Assembly: GCA_001179505.1 (NCBI GenBank)
Contig: CDMY01001042.1
Coordinates: 1-5,300 of the forward strand
Source of the DNA: Vitrella brassicaformis CCMP3155
Lineage: Eukaryota; Protista; Chromerida
Length of the DNA stretch: 5,300 nt
Direction of reading: 5' to 3'
Under the pieces are notes generated by a model. That model was not told where the DNA came from. It did not search any database and was given only the letters and a program-made list of their open reading frames with translations. A program made the translations under genes and the position numbers. The stretch's first letter is position 1. Each line of letters starts with the position of its first letter. This document shows positions 1 to 5,300 of this stretch, piece after piece.

Positions 1-1552
1 TATCGGGCCTACTGGGACACCCGCATGGCCGAGCCGTCGGTGCGCATCATTGGGATGGCTCCCCTCAATCGCACAGGGCCGCTGGCGGCTCTTGATAACC
101 TCAAGTGCCGGCTGAAGATGGCTGCTGGTAAGGGGGAGGAGGGGCAGACGATCGTCGACGCGGCAGCGGTGACAGAGCGGCTGCCTGAGCACCACAACAA
201 GACCTATGCGGCGCATTTCTTCTTCTGTGGTGGCTCGCCCGCTGTGAGGGCTCCTACTGAAGTGGAGCTCTTCTTTGACGTTCCGTCTGCGAGCCGTATT
301 GAGATGCCCGTCAGGTGAGAATGACGTCATATGACCACGTAGGTCGGCCCTTATTTGTGTTGTTTTCTGCTTGCTGCAGGATTCTCTCACCATCGAGTGG
401 ATCGCCAGATTCGTTACTGCGGGAGCTCTCTGTGTGTGTGCGTCCCTGGTGGGGCGTGCCCAAGACACTCACACGCCATCCACCAGGCACCGGCGAGACC
501 CCCAATGCATCGGCGTCAGCAATGGAGGTCTACGATGACGCAGACGCGCTGACTGAGTTCGTTGAGCTGTGGCGACTGCTGGGGGCGCGGTTCTTCACCT
601 TCTATGAGAGTGTGGTGCCTGTGAGTGGTGCTGAGGTGCGGCTGCTGGAGCACTATGTGCGGGAGGGGCTGCTTGAGGTGGTGCCCTATCGGCTGCCGAG
701 TGCGGTGCGGCCCTTCCATGATGTGTGGGACTTTGCGCAGAATGCCCTCGTCCAGGACTGCTACCTCAGGCGAATGGACAGCAGGTCGGCGACATGAGAA
801 GGCCATGTGTGGCCAACTGCACAGCTGCCTGTGTGTGCACGTCGTCAGATACCTAGCTCTGGTGGACACAGACGAGTTCATTCTGCCCACAGATAATGCG
901 ACAGTGTCGCCCGGCCTCCCCCCTCCCCTCCCTGCCCTCATGGACTCCATCCGTGCCCAAGAGGTCAAGGCAGGCAATGGCGCCGTCGGCGCATTCCGCT
1001 TCTACACCTATTTCTTCTTCACCGAATGGCCGACCGACGGGCCGTCTTCGCAGCTCGCCACCCAGAGGTTCACCCGCCGCACTGAGCACGCCGGGCTGAT
1101 TGGCAAGCCCAAGAGCCGCACCAAGTGCATCATCATGCCCAGATGGGTCGCCAGCATGGTCAGTGGGCTGCGACAGATGGAGAGACTATAGGGGAGAGGC
1201 CATCCATCGTGTCTGTGTGTGGTGTGTGGTATGGGTGCAGGGTATTCACAATCCGCAGAAGATGCTGGGGAGGCGGCGGAGCATGATGATGCCGCCCACT
1301 GTGGCCAAGCTGCACCACTACCGCAGTGCCCTCGGGGCCGTCAACAACAACCCTATGAAGACCGACTTCACCGTGAACCACCACTGACCCACTCACCCTC
1401 TTTGCACCGATGGATGTGTGTGTGTGTGTGTGTGTCAGGATCTGTTTGAGGCCCCGCCTGTCATCGACAGCCAGGCGCTAAAGTATGGCCGGGCACTGCA
1501 GGAGGCCGTGAGACTGACGAAGAGGGCAATGGGTGGGAGTGGGATGGGATAG
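1..1552 (+). CDS. Glycosyltransferase family 92 (DUF23 / GALS-GALT-1-like) protein, 5'-truncated; exons 1-314, 380-784, 849-1158, 1241-1372, 1439-1552
   Basis: Frame 1 is open from base 1 (YRAYWDTRMAEPSVRIIG), so the true start lies upstream. Four GT-AG introns (315-379, 785-848, 1159-1240, 1373-1438; phases 2,2,0,0) join the exons into 1275 nt = 424 aa plus TAG at 1550-1552. The spliced protein shows GT92-type motifs in the expected order: LSVCVRP, LTEFVELWRLLGARFFTFY, LLEHYVREGLLEVVPY, QNALVQDCYLR, RYLALVDTDEFILP (DxD), KCIIMP, MGIH, KLHHYR, D...KYGRALQEAV. Family assignment is by motif recognition, not a database search. The exact C-terminus is slightly uncertain because a further donor at 1533 cannot be excluded. 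Confidence 0.85.
1415..1435. repeat. (TG)10 microsatellite immediately before the acceptor CAG of intron 4 of the GT92 gene
   Basis: Directly visible: tgtgtgtgtgtgtgtgtgtgt followed by cag at 1436-1438. Confidence 0.95.
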
Positions 1553-2565
1553 CGACAGATGAGTGTTTGGAGGATCTGTTGCGGCCTTGTTGCCCTCTCG
1601 CTGAGTCATGTGGATATCTCTGTGCGTATGTATGTGTGTGTGCATATGGGAGGATGTGCTGTGCTGTGATGCACACGTGCCACTGTGTCGATATCGTGAT
1701 GAATGTATGACCCTCGAGGACTCTTTCTTTGGTGCTGGCCACTCCAAAGACCAGTGAATTCCTTAGTTGCGGCTTCTGGTCACTGCTTCGTTGCGTTGAA
1801 GATGTCTGTCGGTGTGCCCGTACCTGTGTCTTTCTCTGCGTCTCTCTCCCGCTCTGCCTCCTACTGGTTTGGATGGCTGCCAGTGTAGCTCTCGGATGTG
1901 AAGGCCACACAGACTGACCAGCCCTGGCTGCCTTAGTTATATTTGTGGCGACTTAAAATCCTACCGCACTCTGTCTGTCTGTCTGGTGCGATAGCCCGGC
2001 TGTGGTCTGCCCGTCTCTCTCCGTGTGGTTTGTTGCCATGCATTCGCATCGACGGCATCGCTCTGCTGTTGGCCTCCGTGCCCCCTGCACATGAGGCAGG
2101 CAGCAGAGCGACGCCAGCGAGTGGATGTGTGGTGACACACCACATGGGACGGGGGACGTCCCACACGCAGCACATATTCATCTGCAGACCAGCTGGGCCG
2201 CCCACCCCGATGGACGCCACATGTCTGTGTGTGGGTGACGGACGGTATGTGTCAATTAGAAACATCGGAATGAAAATGTCTCGGTGTTGTCTGTGCAGCC
2301 TCACACACATGGATACGTGCAGCACACCACACACATCAAAGAACGTCGGTAAAGGGATCTCGTTCCGCTCGCTATAGACATGAACACACACACATTGATA
2401 GAGAGAATCCTCTGCGATCGCTTAAATGCACCCGCCACCCCCAGTGGTCTGATAGAGACTGTGCGCACACCGACAGCCAAAAACGAGTCGCCCCCCATGC
2501 CCACACAACAATGGGATGAAAAGCACTCGGCCACTCGACATGTCAATGCAGCCCCTCACCAGCTG
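1553..2565. other. Convergent intergenic region / 3' UTRs of both genes
   Basis: Lies between the two inferred stop codons. It is rich in TG/CA and TCTG low-complexity tracts, and none of its ORFs has recognisable motifs. Confidence 0.65.
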
Positions 2566-5142
2566 TCACGTCGAGCGCGAGTCCATCATGACAGAGGCGA
2601 CGGCACTCACCCACTGCCACCCAGCAGACGGCTGAACACACACGTAGGGAGACGGATCATTCATTGTGTGTCTGTCTTCCTTCTTTTCCCCTGACCTGCA
2701 GTGTGTAGATCTCCATATCGGCAGCCGTGAAGTTGAGGCTGGACCCCAAAATGGCGTCGCCATCGTTGGTGATGGTCCCGATGTACTTCTTGTCGGCCGG
2801 CAGCTCCTCCTTCATCACCCACTGCTGGCAGCTGCGAAGGTCGCCTGCCGAGCCGTGATAGCCGATCCCCATCCACAGGCGGCCGGGGGCCTTGTGGATC
2901 ATGTCACCGATGCACACCATCCCGCGTGCCTTGCCGCTCTTGTCCTTGACCGCCCCCTGTGTGCCGGCCACCCTGACGCCCTGCGTGTCCTGCGGCACGT
3001 CGATCTTGGTGATGCCGTCGCCCTCGAACGCTCCATGCACCGAGAAGAGCGACACAGCGCAGGGGGTCGTCGCCACTGCAGTGGGGTTGGGGGGCGGAGA
3101 GAGCCCGCCCTCGATGTGGGCGGCGATGATGGGGCCGCCGAGGTCTTTGAGGAGCAGCAGGAGGTCGGTGGCGTCGCCCACATTCTTGAACATGGCCTCC
3201 TGCTCCCAGCCGTCACGCTCACCCCTGACAGACAGACAGACAGACAGACAGACACACAGACAGACAGACAGACATACCAAAGCAGCAAAGGGATATCATT
3301 CACAAGGCACCAACACCCTCGCTGTCATCGGTGGCTCACTTGTAGAGGAGTTTTGGGGTCGCATCCGTCATGCCGGTCGCGTCGACGAGTGCTCGAATGC
3401 CATCCGCAAAGGGGATGGGGTCGGCCGGCACAGCACTCCACACCTGCAGACAGCCAGGAGAACGATCTCATGATACCCCCAGCCACCTGTGTGCCCTCTG
3501 GTTGATGCCTCGCTGACTGACCTGGAAGACCTCCACTCGCTGAGCGGTGGAGCAGAGGGTCTCGACGCCACAGAGGCTCACTTCCTCGCTGTTGATGGTC
3601 TTGCCCACAAATTTCCTGTTGGCCGGCAGCTCCTTCTTCTCCACCCCCTGACAGCACTTGAGAAGGTCGTCAGTCGGGCCGCCGTGCTCGCCCCGCCCCA
3701 ACCACAGGCGGCCGTTGGCGATGGCCACCTTGCCGTGTGGCACACCGTTCTGGTCCGTCACCGCCCCCTGTGTGCCCGCCACCGCCACAGACTGCTCGCC
3801 CTGTGGCAGGTCGATCTTGGTGATGCCCTCTCCGAATGCACCGCACACCGAGAAGAGCGACACGGGGCACCAGAAGCACGGCTGAGATGTGTAGTCGGCC
3901 GGCAGGTGCAGTTTGGTGTCGGCGAAGACTGCGATGGTGTTGGTGTCGTCGCACTTGATGACGAAGAGGAGGCCGCGCCGCCCCACCACACGCTGCGCCA
4001 GACTGGTATACGACGAACCGTGCAGCGAACTCCTGACACAGCCAGACGTGCCGACGAATGCTTAGAGAATGGCGCGATGCCCTTCATTTGTCGTCTCTCA
4101 CTTGAAGAGGCAGGTCATCTTAGGTTGTTTCTTGCCGATCATGATGAGGAGGGTCTGCATGACGTCGTTGGCGAGGATGTTGGGGTACATGGCCTCGAGG
4201 ACGCCATACATCTCACTCACACGCACCAACTCGTCCTGGTCGGCACACGTCGGCGGCGGGACGACGGCGCCATCGGGGGAGAGGCGACACCGACGAGCGA
4301 AGTCGACGATACTGAACACACCACCAACAGACGATAGATGCGCTCTGTTGTTGCCTCTGGTGGTTGTCTGGGTGCTCACCTGTCGAAGTGGTGTGCAGAC
4401 ACATCGACGATGGGAGTGCGACCATACCTGCACACGTGACACACAGGGGAGAAGGAGAGCCAATGATCACCACAACAGCGTCCCCATTCCCCCCTGTGTG
4501 TGCCTGTCTTCTCACTTGGTGAATCGGTCGTTGAGTGTGTCGAATTTGGTCAGCGTGGCATCGGTGGTCGCCACTGTGCGGCCGTCCACAGTCACACTGA
4601 GCACCTCCGCCCCTCCCCTGGCGCCCTTCATGGACGACTTGATGAAGACGCCCATCATGGCCATGAAGCTGCGGAATGCCGATTGGCTCTCGCTGTCCTC
4701 AGTCGGTTTGTCGATGGCGATGGGCGACTCGGCGAAGAATATGTCGTGGTAGAAGGGGATGGGCTGCACGGCGTCGAAGACCTCGATCTCGTCCACCCAC
4801 CCATGCTTCAAACGGGTCAGCTTCTCACACAACCTTGACACACACACACACACACAGCCACCAGTGAGTGAATGAGTGTCATTGACTGCATGCTCCCATC
4901 GTCACTCACCAGATGAAGCAGAGGGGGTCTGCGTCGATGAAGATCGTCCCGTCGGCATCCTTGTGCATCCACTCGTCGAACCGGTGCAGCAGCACCGCCA
5001 CACACGTGCCCCGCAGCCCCTCGCGTAGCAGCACCCCACTCGGGAAGGCCATGACATAGCCGCCGACGTTGATCTGCGTCACGCCGCCGCTCATGCTGCC
5101 TCCTGTGGCCTGGCTGCTGCTCGTCGATGATGAGTCCTGCAT
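2566..5142 (-). CDS. Tandem BTB/POZ (T1, K+ channel tetramerisation-like) x2 plus TLDc x2 domain protein, about 672 aa; exons 5142-4910, 4833-4516, 4427-4380, 4311-4102, 4032-3522, 3443-3340, 3224-2696, 2631-2566
   Basis: The ATG at 5142 has an in-frame TGA 8 codons upstream. Seven GT-AG introns (4909-4834, 4515-4428, 4379-4312, 4101-4033, 3521-3444, 3339-3225, 2695-2632) give 2019 nt in a continuous frame. Splicing restores motifs across junctions: FIDADPLCFIW|LCEKL, RFTK|YGRTP, HHFDS|IVDFARR, CLFK|SSLHGSS, LLYK|GERDGW. The last exon (PSAGWQWVSAVASVMMDSRST*) and the start codon are less certain than the internal exons. Confidence 0.85.
2696..3419 (-). other. TLDc domain, copy 2 (divergent)
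   Basis: PKLLYKGERDGWEQEAMFKNVGDATDLLLLLKD closely fits the TLDc LLYRGSRDG motif. It is followed by VSLFSV, GRLWMG, FTAADMEIY, and is clearly paralogous to copy 1. Confidence 0.8.
3227..3274. repeat. (GACA)n tetranucleotide microsatellite, 12 units with one CACA variant, in intron 6 of the - strand gene
   Basis: Directly visible. On the - strand it reads (TGTC)12 followed by AG, running into the splice acceptor at 3226-3225. Confidence 0.95.
3522..4181 (-). other. TLDc domain, copy 1 (divergent)
   Basis: CLFKSSLHGSSYTSLAQRVVGRRGLLFVIK resembles the TLDc start LLYRASRDG.S...F...C....PTL.II. It is followed by VSLFSV, GRLWLG and a terminal VEVF. Boundaries are approximate. Confidence 0.75.
4197..4604 (-). 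other. BTB/POZ T1-type domain, copy 2 (divergent; spans two introns and a 48-nt exon)
   Basis: VLSVTVDGRTVATTDATLTKFDTLNDRFTKYGRTPIVDVSAHHFDSIVDFARR...QDELVRVSEMYGVL aligns by eye to the BTB pattern (V.VGG..F.T...TL...; D....F..IVDF.R; EL...AE.YG). Boundaries are approximate. Confidence 0.65.
4800..5082 (-). other. BTB/POZ T1-type domain, copy 1 (spans intron 4834-4909)
   Basis: VTQINVGGYVMAFPSGVLL...DADGTIFIDADPLCFIWLCEKL matches the T1/KCTD-type pattern (I/L)NVGG...F...L...D..G..FIDRDP..F..IL..L. Boundaries are approximate. Confidence 0.8.
4838..4856. repeat. (AC)9 microsatellite; on the - strand a TG tract just before the acceptor of intron 1 of the BTB-TLDc gene
   Basis: Directly visible. 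The - strand reads (TG)9T-CAAG|G. Confidence 0.95.
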
Positions 5143-5300
5143 GCGGTCAGAGAAGCAGATGAATCACGGGACGCTCTCGTGTGCTGCTTGAGTTGGCAAG
5201 GTGCAAGGCAAGACCCTCAAGGAGGTAAAGGGTGATCTCAACCCTCCTCCAGACGAAGGCAACGATTCCTCTTGCCATCTATGTGCGCTGTCAAGAGTGA

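Noticed and set aside
25-318. ORF 25-318 as a standalone gene starting at ATG 25
   Set aside because: The frame is open to base 1, and the TGA at 316-318 lies within the donor GTGAGA, so this is an internal exon.
315-379. AG|GT recursive-splice-like site at 342/343 and the palindrome atgacgtcat (321-330, CRE-like) in intron 1 of the GT92 gene
   Set aside because: The sub-introns would be only 28 and 37 nt, well below the 64-nt minimum seen here, and using the 342 acceptor alone shifts the frame. One 10-bp palindrome is expected by chance.
1634-1680. 8-bp inverted repeat gtgtgcat/atgcacac (1638-1645, 1669-1676) downstream of the GT92 stop
   Set aside because: It is built from the background TG/CA repeats, so the chance expectation is high.
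1696-1920. Possible box C (GTGATGA at 1696-1702) of a C/D snoRNA
   Set aside because: There is no box D (CTGA) until about 1914 and no terminal stem or recognisable rRNA guide.
1461-2694. Several 60-150 aa ORFs on both strands in the intergenic region
   Set aside because: They are Cys/Val/His/Thr-rich translations of TG/CA low-complexity DNA, overlap each other inconsistently and show no domain motifs.
3227-3274. Regular repeat considered as a CRISPR-like or telomeric array
   Set aside because: It is a simple 4-nt unit without spacers, inside a spliceosomal intron, so an ordinary microsatellite.
2666-4337. Long + strand ORFs 2666-3505 (279 aa) and 3489-4337 (282 aa)
   Set aside because: They are antisense shadows of the GC-biased - strand exons. 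They have no recognisable motifs, and one translates the GACA microsatellite (RQTDRQTD).
5192-5300. Open + strand frame VGKVQGKTLKEVKGDLNPPPDEGNDSSCHLC running off the right edge
   Set aside because: It is preceded by a stop, has no ATG or convincing acceptor, and is too short to evaluate.

Overview
Eukaryotic, GC-rich genomic DNA with two convergent (tail-to-tail) intron-containing genes separated by about 1 kb without a credible gene. The + strand gene is truncated by the left edge and has five exons (1-314, 380-784, 849-1158, 1241-1372, 1439-1552). They splice into 424 aa carrying the motif series of a GT92/DUF23 glycosyltransferase. The - strand gene has eight exons (5142-4910, 4833-4516, 4427-4380, 4311-4102, 4032-3522, 3443-3340, 3224-2696, probably 2631-2566). 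They splice into about 672 aa with the architecture BTB(T1-type)-BTB(T1-type)-TLDc-TLDc. All 11 inferred introns are GT-AG and 64-115 nt, most end in TG-rich tracts, and several fold into stems. The intron style, GC content and BTB-TLDc gene type suggest the chromerid alveolate Vitrella brassicaformis or a relative; this is inference, not verified. The most interesting signal is that both domain pairs in the - strand gene share intron positions between copies, recording two separate internal duplications. The resulting protein could be a Cullin3-adaptor or oligomerising scaffold with two V-ATPase-binding-type modules. No prokaryotic features, RNA genes, CRISPR arrays or mobile elements could be supported. 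All alignments were done by eye.
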